From: the human T2T-CHM13v2.0 reference genome, Homo sapiens
Reading direction: 5' to 3' (one strand)
Assembly: GCF_009914755.1 (NCBI RefSeq)
Contig: NC_060942.1
Length of the DNA: 64,000 nucleotides
This document shows, piece by piece, positions 63,500-64,000 of this stretch (position 1 is the stretch's first letter; every line of letters begins with the position of its first letter). A model generated the notes under the pieces. The model saw only the letters and a program-made list of their open reading frames with translations, was not told the origin of the DNA and did not search any database. Position numbers and translations under genes: made by a program.

Positions 63500-64000
63500 G
63501 ATGCCTATCTAAATCATTTTACTTAGATTATTAGGAGTGAGAGATTTTTATTTATCATCAATTTCTCATAACTGCTTTACTTTCTAGTACCAGGTGTTCT
63601 AGATGTATTTTGTGTTTTTCCAACCCAAGCCTAAGGATAAGCCATTTCTTCAAATAGATCTGGTTCTTTTTGTAGGGAATGATACTTATAAACCAAGATT
63701 TGGATGGTAATTATACCCATTACTTCTAGGGTTTTGTTGTTTCTAGCTGCCCTACGCTGCCTTTGTTAAGAAACATAAATATAAATATACAAATACATAT
63801 ACATATAAGCAGAAAAATGCATCTAGGTAATTGTATATATATAGACTAGATACAATCCAAATCTAGTTTAAACACCGTGAGTGTGGACTAATACCTCCAA
63901 CTAAAATCCAACACAATGCTACAGAAAATGAGCCCTTCTCATTTTCATATTTATACCTGTTTTTTCCAACTGTGAGAAGACTGGCATGAATTATTCTCAA
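63500..64000 (-). mobile_element. L1MC-like 3' UTR fragment
   Basis: agccatttcttcaaatagatctggttctttttgtagggaatgatacttataaaccaagat motif. Confidence 0.5.

Overview
AT-rich, gene-poor primate genomic DNA, most likely human given the AluY and L1PA3-type elements. It is mostly layered transposable elements. These include two young 5'-inverted (twin-primed) L1PA3-like insertions (1204-3889, 59190-60866), many older L1M/L2/MIR fragments and nine Alus. There is also a decayed ERVL-class provirus (HERV16/LTR16-like), several solo LTRs, a full-length Tigger1 with nested inserts and a Ricksha MULE transposon. I can support no protein-coding gene, rRNA, functional tRNA or CRISPR array; the long ORFs are L1 ORF2 or transposase relics. 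I found no evidence for a new biological system. The most unusual items are small genome-repair or rearrangement footprints: a 70-bp copy of nearby unique DNA inserted into an LTR, a ~210-bp dispersed duplication 8 kb apart, a perfect 9x38-bp minisatellite, a decayed tRNA-Glu retrocopy and a third, much older 5'-inverted L1. Repeat subfamily names come from recalled consensus sequences and need RepeatMasker/Dfam confirmation.
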